From positions 9,238,001 to 9,302,000 of the forward strand of contig CM074514.1 in assembly GCA_037379345.1 (NCBI GenBank): DNA of 64,000 nt, read 5' to 3'. The notes beneath the pieces were generated by a model. It was not told the origin of the DNA. It searched no databases and saw only the letters and a program-made list of their open reading frames with translations. Each line of letters opens with the position of its first letter. Position 1 is the first letter of the stretch. This DNA comes from Perna viridis. Lineage: Eukaryota. Of this stretch, positions 40,101 through 55,100 are shown piece by piece. Position numbers and translations under genes: made by a program.

Positions 40101-43100
40101 AGGCCATAATTGTAACAGAACAGGTTACTGGCACTAGGCATCTTCATTAAATTTGTTCAATAAGATTAAACTCGGGTTAAAGAATAGTCAAACGTTATTA
40201 CAAGTACTACAAGTAGTATCATTAAATGTAGTGATACTGAGTTGCTTATCAGATGAGACCTAAAATGTTACTCACAGTATTGGAAAAATTTGGGTAAATT
40301 TAATGATACAATTGTATAAACAAATAATCAAAGTGTTCATAAAGGTACATTTTACTGTCTAAATTGTTTTGGTTTAGAATCCTGGCCTCTCTAGTTTAAG
40401 ATTGTGTGATATTATTGTTATATGTATAGTAATAAAAATAACTTGTCAAGGTTGTTATGATTTTAAATCAAACGTAAAACCTATATTCCTTTAAGTCATT
40501 TTGGCTATTTGACAGTTTTTACCCTAAAAGAGAAGCCAGTGTTAAGATGATAATGAAAAACGTACTTTTCATATTAATTGTCTTATTTGAATCATATATT
40601 AATATGTTCATAATCTTTCGTTAAAAAAAATAATAATAAAGCCACAAGATTGTAAGAACGTCTGGAATGTAAAATTTCCTCATTACAATCCAAGCATCTT
40701 AGTTTTGATGTAAAATACATATACATTTAAGAAAACAGATACATCAATGTTCATTTCAATGATTCTGAGGAACTAATTCATGGGAAAAGATACTCTGTAT
40801 GTGTCCATTCTGAAAGGAAAGAAATTCAACATGAAAAATGGACTGAAGTATTGACTGCAGTATCATCCTGCAGTGATGGTGTAGTAGTTGATCTTACAGC
40901 TCCAATAGGAGGCAATGTCTGGGTTGGAACAACAACGAAATTGTTATATCAGGTAAAAAGCTTGATAATTGAACTCATAAAACAACACCAAAAACGGAGT
41001 CTCACGTGGAATAACTTATAGATCTCTACATCTGGTAACTATCTTGATAGTAAAACTCAATGTACCCATCACAGAGAGAAACATCATGACATATATTGAA
41101 TTGCTTTGTGATCAAACTCAAGTTACCCAGCCCTGGCTTTGGATAACATACAAATCAGTCCGAGTTGCTCATTTGCTTTTTTACTTTGTATGTATTATTT
41201 TGGTTACTTTATGTTATTTGTTGTGAATGTCTGTTTTCCATGTCTGGTCTTTGTCCCTGGATTACGTTCTTTTGATTACCGCTATAACCTTGGTTCCCTT
41301 GATTACTCTAATACTCCAGTGCATCAGTCGTAGGTCGTTACGATGTTCCTAATAAAATCAAAACATTTACAAATTATATTTCTTAAAAACGTAAAACCTA
41401 AGCATCCTATATCACAATTAATGCGAATTCACTTAGAAATGTAATCGTCGGAAATCGTATTTTTTTTTGTAAAAGAGAATAAAACGAAATATCAAACGAA
41501 ATGTTTTGCAATTAAAAGGTGAAAAAAGGGGATCCTTAACTCGTGTGAGTGACGAGACTTTTCCGAAAGACTAGGAGCATTGATCTGGTTAATGGTTACA
41601 TTGTCATATCAGTGTCGTATTGTAATCATATGCACGCATAACCATACCCCTTTTATTTGTCTTTACAACGAATATCACATGTTGTAAAGAGTTTTCATTT
41701 TTGTCGCAGACATCCTCCTCAGATATTTACGTTACATGGGATTCTTTTGTTGATGTTGAAGAAGAAGGGTATTCCATGCACTCATCCGGAATATCTCATT
41801 ACCTGGTGTCTGTTGGCAAGTATCGTTTAATGCAGAAATTAAGACAAAATTATATTAAAATGCTATGTATCTTTTTATCGTCATAATTATTTTTCATCGA
41901 AGTCTTTTTCATTGAAATCTGGAGCTCGTTTTATTAATGTCTGTTTTTTTAAGAAATGATATATAAACGATGCAGACGAAGAAAAAAAGTTTGTCAATAA
42001 TTGGTTAATGTAAATGTAAATGTATCGAACACCATTATACAATTAAATGTTATAATACTTAGCACATATATTTTCAGAAAAGGTTAAGAGCGCTATGTTT
42101 TTCAAAATTATTTTGTATAAACATTACCATCAGAACCACGGTCATGCATTTGGATAAGTAAAATCCCTTAAAAAAACTGAAAAAAAAACAAACAAGCATC
42201 AAACAACAGAAACAAAGAAAACAAAATCAATACAAAAGATAAAATTAAAGAGAAGAAAGCGGGAAGAACCCCTTTCGCACGAGTCTGCATTTTTTTCTGC
42301 CGATATTTAAACAATAAAACAAACGCAAAAACATATATCGATTTTTATATTATGTTTGAAGGTTCTGTCGAAGATGGAGTTGATGTAATTGACAAACGAA
42401 ACGTTGGCGTTACCAATCACGTGTCTTTCCATGACCTTACCTTGCAAGACGGACATACATATTACGTTTCTGTATCAGGTGATGTTGAATCAACAGATTA
42501 TTAATTCGATTGCACAGTCTTAAATTAATCAGAATAAATCTCCGCATAACAGCTACTTGTATGGAATTAAATATTTAATTGCGATGAGGTAAAACTGTCA
42601 TTTCAGTAACTAAAGTACTCAAGTTCATGTAAGTAGCTGGTTCTAATGGTTAAATAAATATCAAATTGTTTAATATAATATGCTTCCACTTAATTCGCAC
42701 ATTTTTTTCAACAGGTGTAGATTTTATCAGTCGAAACACGAAAGTCCATGCAGATCCCGTAACAGTAGATACAACACCCCCGGAAGTGTCATCAGAGTCC
42801 ATATATATTGGTGGAAGAATATTTACAAATTTAAGTCAGACTGAGATTTGGTAAATTTATTTCAAGTGTCTACTGCGATTACATAGACCACGTTGCTTTA
42901 AAACTATTTTACTAGTAATATAACACAAGATATGAAGTCCCCTCCTCAGTACAAAATATACATACATACATACATCTAAACATAACTTTATAAGGTTCCA
43001 GAAGGTGCAGAAAACTTCAGTAAATGAATATGAAATAGTTTTTATCATATGACAGTTTAATAGTTCATGAATAAAGTGTTTTCAAATGGATATTGGTTTC

Positions 43101-46100
43101 GGGTAGCCAGTCTATGTGATTGAAATATAATTATAACAAAAGAACATTAAAAAGATGGTATCTATCTTAATCATTAATATGAAGGAGTAATCAAGGGAAC
43201 CAACGTTATAGCGGTAATCAAAAGAATGCAATCCGGGGACAAAGACCAGACATGGAAAACAGACACACACAACAAAGAACATAAAGTAACTAAATTCATA
43301 CATACAAAGTAACAAAAGCAAATGAGCAACTCGGACTCCACTAAGAACTGGGAGCTTGGACCAGGTGCACCGGTAGGGTAAGCGTCCTTTGCTTTTCTAG
43401 AAAAACTCACCGAGTTGCTCATAAAAAATCAAGTCCGGGGTAGACAAACGAAGAAAGGAAAACCATGACCCGTTGAATAAATCAGTTTTCAAGATTTGAT
43501 AATTGCTCTGTTACGAATTTATGTTGAATAAAATCGTTGAAGACATTTTTTCAGTTTCACGTTTTTTGTTTTACCTTAATACCTTGTTCAACGTTCAATA
43601 CATAATATCATATAGGAAATCAGCGTATCATCGACTATTGCGTTAAACGGCGATTACTAACGTTACTCGGTTAAACAAACTAAACGGATAATTATATTAC
43701 AGAAAGAAATAAATAGAAATGTTTTTGCAACATCTCTATTCAGATCATAGTTGAACGAACTTCCGTATTTTTTTTCTCGATGTGTAGTTTCCGTGGCCTT
43801 ATATTATGTTGTGTCTCATGTCCCACTCTATAGATAGATCACTGCAGATAATTGTATGACAATTTGTTGAAATATTGCTTTATTGAAACACGAAAGCAAG
43901 CACATTCAACAAATTGTTCATGCAAAAAGTAAACATTTGTCAATTCCTAACATTATGGAGATCCAAAATTAAAGATGTATATTCTTTTATATTTTTGTCT
44001 ATTTAGATAAGATCAGGAGCTTCTGTATTTAAGAACACTACAAATTGTTTTTTGTCAGGACTATCCGACATCTTTTGTTGCTTTGGCTATTCTTTACTCA
44101 TTTCCATAACCGTATCAATCACAGATGTTGACAAATGGATCAAAATGTCATTATTAACTAGCTCCTTTACTATACTTTAAAACTAGTGGAAATTGTATTG
44201 CAAACTATAATCAAAAGACGGCTGTTATATTATATATGCTGATCATGTTTCTTTGTACTTTGCTTTTGAACGATACTGTACTGCAAGTAATGGAAATGTT
44301 TTTAATGCACAATAATTGAGCTCTCAAGAATGCCCAAGATGAGCCTAGTAACATTGCAATTGTAATTTCATTCTTGAAACGAACTATTTAAAATATCTAA
44401 GAAAAAATAGGAATTATGTTTTCTTTTATTTTGTAGTTGGAAAAATATATTCTTTGATATTGAAAGTGGTATCGACCATTACATGGTTGGATTAGGTTCA
44501 TTATCCGGCCAGGATGATCAAATAGAATTTTCTAGAATCGACCAGGAATGTGGCAACTTGAAACCAGACCATAATCATCAACTGATGGAAGGCCATCCTT
44601 ATTTTGTTACTGTGAAGGTAATACATGAGTCATAAAAGCAGTATGTCAACCATACAACTGAATTAAACAATGGTCGTTTTCTTTGTTCACATCGACGGTT
44701 TGATGTTAGAGATAATACCACATGACATGAAACATTGTTTAAATAAATCGACATGTAAGCACTATTATTAAACTCAACTAGAATTCGTATTTACTTCTCA
44801 TATTTTATATGTTCAATGTTCAGTGTGAATATATCAAAGGCATGTAGTAATAATGTAAAATAATACGTAGATTACTACATAAGAATTACTTTCGTTTGGA
44901 ACTACTGTCTGTACGTAACAATGCGCTATTTTTGATGATTGAATAACAAGACAACTTCCTGGTAATATGGATATAATATGATATTGTTTATATTAAATTT
45001 AGGCATACAACAGGGCCGGACTTTCGGCCAGTAAATCATCACTTGCGCACATTTTTGACATTTCATCTCCTGTTGCTGGTCATGTCTATGATGGAAGATC
45101 ACACACTGCTCCGCCACACGCTAAAGACATTGATTACCAAGCAGATACAACACAACTCTCTGTTTACTGGGAAGGCTTTCATGATCCTCATTCAGTTATT
45201 AAATATTATCGCGTTTATATCGGAACTTGTGCTGGGTGTTATGACATCATAGATGAACAAGTTGTAGGTGCTCATACATGTGAGTATTTCCATCCCGTTC
45301 AAGAATTTCACAGTGAGTTGTCATGTGTAAAATAATTGATCGTACGAGTGAATTCACACCAAAAAAAAAGAATGTTTCTATCTCAAATTTGGTTGAAAAA
45401 TGTCAAAACATGGACTTTTATAGTTTAAGCGAGACAAAAAAGTTCTGTATTTTAAGTACAGATTTAGCAATGGTTTTCAAAACTGTTTGCAGATTTTACC
45501 TTGTCTAATGTGGATCTGGAGGCTGGTCGTAGATATTTTTCTACAATAACAGCATGTAATACCGGAAATATGTGTACATGCGTTACATCAGACGGTGTTA
45601 CCATTGACAATAGCCCACCTGTACCAGGTATTGTTCAAGATGGTTCTGGTGATTATGACATTGAATTTCTCTCAGTAAGGTGAATAACCTTTTCTTTGTA
45701 TTTATTAAACTTCCGATATTTTAAAAATTGTGTTACATTTGTGGCTGGACGGTCATTCTACGTTGTAGTAGATAGTTACTTTTTGTTCAGATATAATTAA
45801 AAATGTGTGAATATATTTTAAACAGGAGAATTATGTAATAATATCTCTAAAAGATTCCGTCTTAAAGGTTTATTTCGTGTATATCTTTTCAATATATTCC
45901 AGGGATTATATACCGGCGAAATGGTTTGGGTTTAATGATGTGCAGTCTAATATAGATTACATTGTGGTTCGAGTTGGTACGTCTCCAGGATCAGCTGATA
46001 TTTATCCCCCACGTATTATCAGTGAAACAGATATGGTGATTATAACAGACCTGCCAACACCTCTACCACCTGGGAGACGTATTTATACCACCGTCCGTGC

Positions 46101-49100
46101 TTACAACAAAGCAGGTAACTCGAGACATATAAATACAACCATCTTTTCATACAAAACTTTCTTCAAAACAGCTAAAGAAATTCCCCCAAAAATAAAAATA
46201 AAAACAGAACAAACAAAGCAATAACACATTAATAAAGTATTTATTTAAAAATATTCATATTCTTGGTGTTGAGTATTTTGGCTTGATTCAATGACAAAAT
46301 AAATTTGGTGTTGCCTATTTTTTTTAAATGAATAAATTTCATTTTGACATAAAATATTCAATTCAGTTTATATAGTCATGTTTCTGACCTCAGGTATATA
46401 CACAGAATCTACATCAAATGGATTTATTGTTGATGTTTCACCCCCAGATGCTTTGGAGTATCCAAAACTGTCACGTGATATTGGCTCAATAACCGAAGAC
46501 ACGTCGGTCTTGCGATCTGCAATTAGGTTCAAATGGGATGTTGAAGATAAACAATCATCTATACTCAGACAATATATATCTTTTGTTTCACACCAAAATG
46601 GAGAATTTAATTCGTCGTCAAAGATGGTAATTTTTATTTCGTAGTACGTGCTGTAATATATGAAAATAATTAACACGAATTGTGACATTTTTGGGATTAA
46701 CACGAGTACAAAACAAATGAGCCTTATGTCGTTTATTATGAAGATAAGCATGCTCTACTCCAAGAGGAAATTGGCATTACAAATAAAAATGGAAAAACAG
46801 AATATAAAGTTTCATCCTAAAAATCAAATGGTATCTCCCTAACACATTGTGCATGTCAAATTATTTTAGATAAATGGAATACTTAGAGAATATACACTGA
46901 CTGATCTAGATTTACATGACGGAGGAACCTACTACTTCAAACTGATAGTTTGTAACGGAGCTAAGATCTGTATAGAGACAGAATCTGAAGGAATACTGAT
47001 AGATACAACCCCACCTACGTCAGGTAAACTATTTTAAAACGATCAACATCGAATAGTTGATATCACAATATATCATATATTCAGATTAAAATATAACTGT
47101 TTTGTATATACAGTAAGTTATAAGAATTTGTTTATTCTATCGTCTACACTGTATCGCATACCTGAAGTATGGTTAATATGTAGGATATAATGAACATGAT
47201 ATTTCAAAATCGGTATCACATGATATATCAACCCTCGACCTATATCATCCCTCGGGATGGTGGCCCTTGGTTTGACATAGAAGTCTCGGGTTAAAACTGC
47301 ATGTGATATAGATTTTGACATGTAATATTCAGTATATAACAGAAAAACTGGGATTGTCAAAGTGTCATTTGTTTAAATTTGTTCTTTCAACAACAGTTTC
47401 TCTTTTTTTCTCTTTGTCTATTTTTGCTTGCATGAAATATAAATTTATGTTTTTTTCCCGAATGTGATCTGCACCATGTTAACTTTACGGTTGAAATTTA
47501 AACAGATAAATAAAAAAATATCTTTTTTATCATTTTGTTTCAAGGTATGTTTGCTATTGGTACTTATCACGCTGCTGAACTCACGAGACATACAGAAGGA
47601 TGGATGACTTGGTCTGACTATAGACTGAACTTATCCTGGGTTGGATTTTCTGATCTTCATACTGGTATAGACAAATACTATGTATCTGTTGGGAGTCAGT
47701 TCATGGGAAATGACTTAAACAAGGTATGACATACACACTGGTATAGGCAAATACTATGTACCTTTTGAAAGTCAATGCATGGAAAATGACTTAAACAAGG
47801 TATGAAATACACCCTGGTATAGACAAATACTATGAATCTGTTGGGAGTCAGTTCGGGGGAAGTGACATAATTCAGGTATAATATACACACTGGTATAGAA
47901 AAATACTATGTACCTGTTGAGAGTCAATTCATGGAAACTTATGTATACAAGGTATGATCTAAACACACTTGCATATTATGTATCTATTGGGATTCATGGG
48001 AAGTGTTGTAAACAAGGTATGATATACACCCTGGTATAGACAAATACTATATATCTGTTGAAAGTCAGAACATGGGAAATGACTTGAACAAGGTGTGATA
48101 TGCATACTGGTATAGACATAATATCTATCTTTTGGGAGTCAGTTAATGGGAATTGATTTAAACAAGGCATAACATACACACTGCTATAGACAAATACTAT
48201 ATATCTGTTGGAAGTCAGGCAATGTGAAATGACTTAAACAAGGTATGATATACATACTGGTATAGATAAATACTATGTATCTGTTTGAAGTCAGAACATG
48301 GGAACTGATTTAAACAAGGTATGATATACACAATTGAATAGACATACATTTTATTTGTTGGCAGTCAATTCATGAGAAATTACTTGAACAAGGTATAATG
48401 TGAAACACATGTACATTTGTGTGCACAAAATTGTATATCACTCAATGCATCACATATTGTAAGATTTATTCAACTTTTTTATGGTTATTGTCAATACGTA
48501 TTATTAGAACAAGTTTCATTGATTTTTTACAGTCATGTTGAGTACAGAAGCAAACTAATAAAAGACTTCCATACAATTAAGTCATTTTTGTTATGTGTTG
48601 GTAGCTGGATGAAATGTCGGATTAATATGAAATTATGTCAGAATATGTAGTATTATTTTGTTGTAATAGGTACCAGGAATCCCTACAGAACTGTCGCATA
48701 ATGATTCTTCTGTAGAATATAAAGACGAAGGCCCTTTACAGTATTTTGTAGTCTCAACTCAGCATCTAGTTAATTATGAACATGTTTTCATTAGTGTATG
48801 GGCAACCAACAAGGTAATCATATATAATAAGGTAATTTTATTCAATACCATTTAACACAAAGTTGAGAGCGCATTGAAATCACCATCATTTTCACGAGTT
48901 CACCCATAATTCTTGAAAACGAGTTCAACATTTAGTTTCCTTCTTATCAATCTGGAATCTGAAAGAATCACATTTATGACAAAAACACAAACTGTGAATT
49001 TTATCGAAAATTGAGAAAGTAAAATTGAAGTCAAAATAGTTGGTTCACATTCATGGAAATTTATTTTCTTTATTTATTTTTCCCACCACAGATCATTTCA

Positions 49101-52100
49101 TAAACAATACCCCTAAATTTTCAACCTTCTGCACGACTTTGAGTAGTTTTTTAAGCCTAATATTGACCATAGATGATAATGATATATTGGTAAATATCGA
49201 ATTATTCTATCAAAAAGTTGACGAATGGTACAAACTGAATTCCTTTTTTTAGCTAAACGTATAGTAAAATTTTTGTCAGGAAGCATTTTAAGATAAGTTG
49301 GCACAGATTTAAATTGACTATAAAATGTGAAATTTACTTTTGTTAACATGTACGAAATCGTTCTTAATAAAAAAAAACAACTAAAATATAAAAAAAACAC
49401 CTCAATGAAGGTACATCTACACATGAACACATATCTCTGCAGAATTTATTTTCTATCTTAAAACCCCCATAACATCTTGCTTATGACTCTGCATTAGTGA
49501 CAACTATAGAAAAGTGTGAAAATACACATACCGATTCACTCTCTTTAAAGTTGTATAAAAAGATTACACTACACTCTTCTCAAGACTTTATTCATGGAAG
49601 GTCACTTCAATTAAAAATAAAATAATGTGATCATTAACAAAAAACCTTTCCTTATAAATTTTCTTCAACTTAAACTGTAAAAGCTAACAAATCTTATTAT
49701 TTTTATTTAATATACGCCACCTAGGTTGGTCTGAGAAGTCACATGATTCATTATCAATTTCGTTTAATATTGGGAGGATATTTGGATCTGATCAGAAGAT
49801 GTGATTCTCTAACTTGTTTAGGACATTGTGTTTGTTCTCCAAAAGACCAACGTTGTCATATAAATGGACAGAGCTGCAGAGATGTAACTGTAGGTCAGTG
49901 GTTTCAATAATTGTAAATTTATTACTACATATATGTGAGACCGATCGAAGTTTGTTAGTTAAACTGTTTATCTGTTGAAATTATCAATTTCATATTTTTT
50001 TATATGACGCACTGCTGTAGAATTATAACGACATCGTTTTATCTGTTCATGTAAATACATTACAATGGCAGCTTGCGATTCAAAGATTTTACAACAATTA
50101 AAATGTGATTTACATTTTCCTGGCATATTTTTCCCTCATTATATAAAGGTATTCATAGGGAAAAACTGTTTTCACAAGATGTCATGAATCTTAAAACTTG
50201 AATTAGAAAAAAAGACAACCCTTCTATTACTTTTACTATGTCGTGTACGATGTTACATAATTTGCTTTTTTGTTGTTAGACAACAAGAACACAATGATTA
50301 CTGTCAGTGACATTCTAGATCTGTCTGGATCTCCTCAATCTGATGTAAAGTTTACACCTAGCAATTCTTTACTGGCAGCGAAATGGAAGATCACAAAACA
50401 GAAAGGCTTGGTACCTCAATGGTAAAGATAGAATCATTTGAATAAAGTATCTATGGGAAAACATACAAAAAGGAATAATAATATTATCAAACTGATATGC
50501 AAAATCCAGACAAAAGTCAAAAGAATATAACACATGACAATGTTAAGTCTAAAACAGTATGTTAAATGAATCCAATGGTTCGATCTGACTTTCTGCAGGC
50601 ATTTTCAATTAAAAAGCGGTTTAAACCACGTTTTATTGCTCGCTAACAATGATATTGTAGACAATATCTCCCAAATCAAATTTACACATATTTATGGAAA
50701 TATAAACTTGTAGCATAAAAACTATATCGAAGTAATTGTCTTTTGTAAACTTTCATTCTTCCAAAGGTATGAGTGGAGTGTTGGACTGTCTTCTCAAGGT
50801 TCTCCAGAAGGTGTTATAGATACATCAACCGATCCACTGTGGAGACATTCGGGACAGAAAACAGAAGCAATATTCTATTTAAAGCCAGGTTTGGTTTTCT
50901 AAGTAATTAAGTTTTTAAATTATGTCCGAACAAGGTGTTTTTTTATATTAAAAATCAGCAATCCCTGTTTTAAAGCACAAGAGTTAATCAAGTTGCATAT
51001 AAGTACATTTACACGTATACATTTATCATCTTGTGTTGTGATTATATAAATACCAAACATATGCCTGCTATGTGCAATTGAAAGATTTTTTTTCTGCGTG
51101 TACATATGTTGCGGTTGAAACATGTACAAGTAAATGCTGTTACCATTCAAACGAACAAATTTGAACTCGTTATAAGAAGGTATATTAGAATAAAGACTCC
51201 GGGGTTGCAGTTTTGCCAAGATATATCACAAAATTAACGAAGTTTTCCAACAAAATGGAAGGGTTCCAAACCTGGAACTTTTACCTGGATACGCCATATG
51301 TGTACATTTAAAAACGTAGGTTTTATTTTATAGCTGTAGATATTGTACATTGCATAAGCCGTTAAACGTTAAAATTTTCCTTTCTTCAAAATTTAATCAT
51401 TTCTTGGGGTCTGTTAACTGGGGTAAGCATTGAAGATAATTAATACTCGCTACGTTTACGGATATTAACTATAACTAACCAATATATGAATAGTAACCTA
51501 ATGAAAGATAATATTATAGTAGTATAACAGAGTTGAGGGTCCTCTCTAAATAACTCACTTGTAAACCATAAAACACATAAGATCATCAATAAATTTGCAA
51601 AGCAAACTTACTTTTACACACAAATGAAAATTTCAGGTAAATCTGCACTTGTGCAAATTTGCTCACGTAAATAAATTTTCATAATGATAATAGCACTTTA
51701 AGTAAAGACCAATAATATCTTATTAGGATATTAGGTACCGAGGACTCAATCCAGTAATTTATCTTTGGCTGACACAGAAGTATAAAACGTAGTTAAACTT
51801 TAATTCTGCTTCCGATTCCGCTTGCTAATTCATTCGACGAAACTACATGAATGTTAACTGTATTACTGAATCGTTTTTTTTTTTTTCAGGACAAAAATTA
51901 GCAGAATTATATACATATTCCGTCTTCGTTAGAGTTTGGTATAGTGATAGTGTATATGCTGTGTTTAAATCCAATGGTATCACAGTTCAATCTCGCTCTA
52001 TACTTGTAAATGACCAACGTGGATCCGCAGTGAGTCACAATACATAATAGTCCATAGGCCAGTTAACGACCCCCTTGGAGGGAGTTTTGCAGACATATAT

Positions 52101-55100
52101 AGGCTAATTAGAAACGTAAACCGCCTTTTGCCAAAAAAATAAGTGCAGTGTTGTCATGGCAACCATAGTCTAGAATGAGCCACAAGGTCATTTCAGAGTA
52201 TTCGTCTTTGAAACATTTTGCTTCCATTCAAGTAAAACAATTTCTTTTTGGTAATTCCAAAGGCATCTAAAGAAAGCCAAAACATTCTTATTTACTATAA
52301 GGATATAAAAAAAGTTGTTATTCCTTTAAAAAAATGGAACGTCGACTAGCAGAGACCAAACAGCCTGGTTTATTTGGGTACTGTATGCTAAAAGTGAACA
52401 AAAATTAATGATTATGATACAGTCAGGTTTAATAAAAATGTTGCGAAGGCAGAAAATACCTTATTTCCCGTTGAATTTATTTGTAGTAAAAAACCTGAAA
52501 AATTTTCAGATTTTAAAATTTTTCAATGAAATGGCTTATTTTCTTTGTTTTGCCGCCAATTTTGTTAATTTTTTTTACAATGAACAAAAAGCACAAAATA
52601 CACTATAAACATATATATTTTGATACAACAGTACAAATTTCATCACTCATTTTTGATAAATATCTGACGATAACATTATTTTTTCTACACAACATTATTG
52701 ACTGTCTCAAATATACACGACAATGTAATCCAACTCCTTTATTAAAGGTTTTAAGTTTATTTTTATACAGCTATCAATTTGAACCTTTAAAATTTGCCAT
52801 AAGGTTCTTGTTATTTTTCGGTTTTTAAGGAATCCTCATCGAATAGGAAATTTCGGATTTTATAAATTTTCTGAAATTCTCCAAAATAAAATTTCTCTGT
52901 TGGTTAACATATTTCAATGCAAATAATTGAGGAAACATGATTGATAATCACCAGGTTCCATCCAGGAGCATCTGCAGTGAATTCTAAATACTCTGGAAGG
53001 TATTAAAACAAATAAAAGAAGGGAGAACGTCTGTCAAAATCCTATAATTAGTGAACGTTTTTCTTTGCATCCATCTGTTGCAACAAAACAATCAATTTAT
53101 CTCCATAAATGATTATGAAGCATACAATAATCAACCCATTTCAGTCTTATATGATAACCTTTACCATATACAGCCGACACTCGTTTTTTTGACACAAATA
53201 TTTCTGTTTTTTTAAGCGACATATTTTTAAAAATATGGTATCCACGAAATGATTTTGTCTTCTTCTCCTGAAACTCACTTGAATACCTGTTTAAATGATA
53301 GTCCTGACACGCATATAAATATCTCATATATTGATTAGTCATTATCGTTATAGTTTTCCCTCATTTTCGAGATAAACACAAACTTTAAAAACAAAACAAT
53401 GAAAAATTAACAGTTCATAAGCTCATCGTACGTTACTATCAAAATATTGAGAAATGATCACAAAACGTTGCATGTTATAATAAGTATTTGTTCCCCAACA
53501 CTTAGACTTCTAAATTGCATAACACTAATCTTCACATTTTCGCCACAAGGCAGATTCCAATATTGGATATGCAGTCATCCTTTATAAGACAAAACATTGG
53601 AGCAAGTTTTGAAGGTTTCTGTGTTACCAATTGATAAAACAGCAGTATTTGAATTTTTTAATTATAACTGCAAAATGTGTTACTGTGATTTTTTTTATAT
53701 AAAAAAAAACATCGACTTATCAAGAATTACTAGACAAAAATCCTGTTCTACTCAATTTAAGAATATTATGAACTCATGTAAAGGCAAGTCATGCCATTGT
53801 TCTGCTTGTTGTTGATAACAGTTTTTCGTATATGCTTTTACATTGTTGACTATTCTTAGTGTTGGTTCTCAATTTTGCTTTTATCGGCATTTGTTTCCAT
53901 ATTGCTTTATATGTTGACTTATAATTTGTGTAGATGTCCACGACTTTAGCTAGATTGATGGCATGTATTGTGCTTATGATGTAAATGTTATTTATATAAT
54001 GCATGTATGTCGATTTTAAAAGCTCCTTTGATCCAAGGAGCTTTTGTTGTACTGCTTAAACGATCGACATTAAATAAAGCTTTCCTATTTGTATATGAAA
54101 AGTAAACAATATTCTACTGACTTCTTATGTGCATACTAAACTGTAGTCCAGAAGAAACAACCAAGCTTCATGTTGAAAAATTAAATAAGTGATAAAAATT
54201 ATAACATTCATATTAAATAATTGATTTTTATCTCAACATTGTTCATCTTAAAGAAACAATTTACAAAAATAATTTGGTTTCTTGCAAATTAAAAAACAAA
54301 TGAAAGGGAGGAATACTGCAAAGATCTAAATACGTTGTCCTTGAATGTAATTGATAAAATCACTAATATAAGTTCAGGAAATAAAAAAAATAAAAGCATC
54401 ATAGCTGTAACAATATATCATCTATTTCAAACAACATTTCCCTGCGTTTCAGATTGAAAACTGAGAAAATTTGAAATAAAACATAACTTAATAAGCTGTG
54501 TATCATTACTAGCAAACCACAATGATGAGTAATACCTCTTTGTTTAATATTTGTCATATCGTCATATCATTGAGTACAAGCTCAAAATATGTAGGCATTA
54601 AATAACATTTAACAATAATACAATGAAAACCAATAGACCAATTATATTGAAATGTAAAATATAAAGGAAATGTTGCTGTTAGCATACATGTGGGATTTAT
54701 TTTAGTCATAAATATTTGCTAGACTATTTTACGTTAGTTCAGTTTCAGATGCCTTTGATTATATGTAATTAAGCTGTCCTAAAAGTGGCAACATATTTTA
54801 GTTGATCTTACCCTACTGAAAGTCTACTGGAATGTTGTCTCGTATTCGTCTGTATTCATGATTAGAAATAGTTTAAAATATTTTATTACAACCAACACTA
54901 TGTATATTTTGGGAAAAGAATTGACTTGATGGATTCAATATGCATACAGTAACATAACATAACTAAAAAGATTGAAAAGTAAAACTTTCAAATTTCCCAT
55001 TTTTCGTCATCAAGTTCTCATTTCGAATGAAATATTAGTTTAACCTCTCTTTGTAATTGTAATTGCATGCCAAGTTTATCCTAACAATTAATGATTTTGC

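Noticed and set aside
47658-48398. Diversity-generating template/variable repeat pair, or mutually exclusive exon cassette
   Set aside because: Differences are not adenine-specific, units are not a multiple of 3, lack pyrimidine tracts and contain stops. Kept only as a donor-duplication array.
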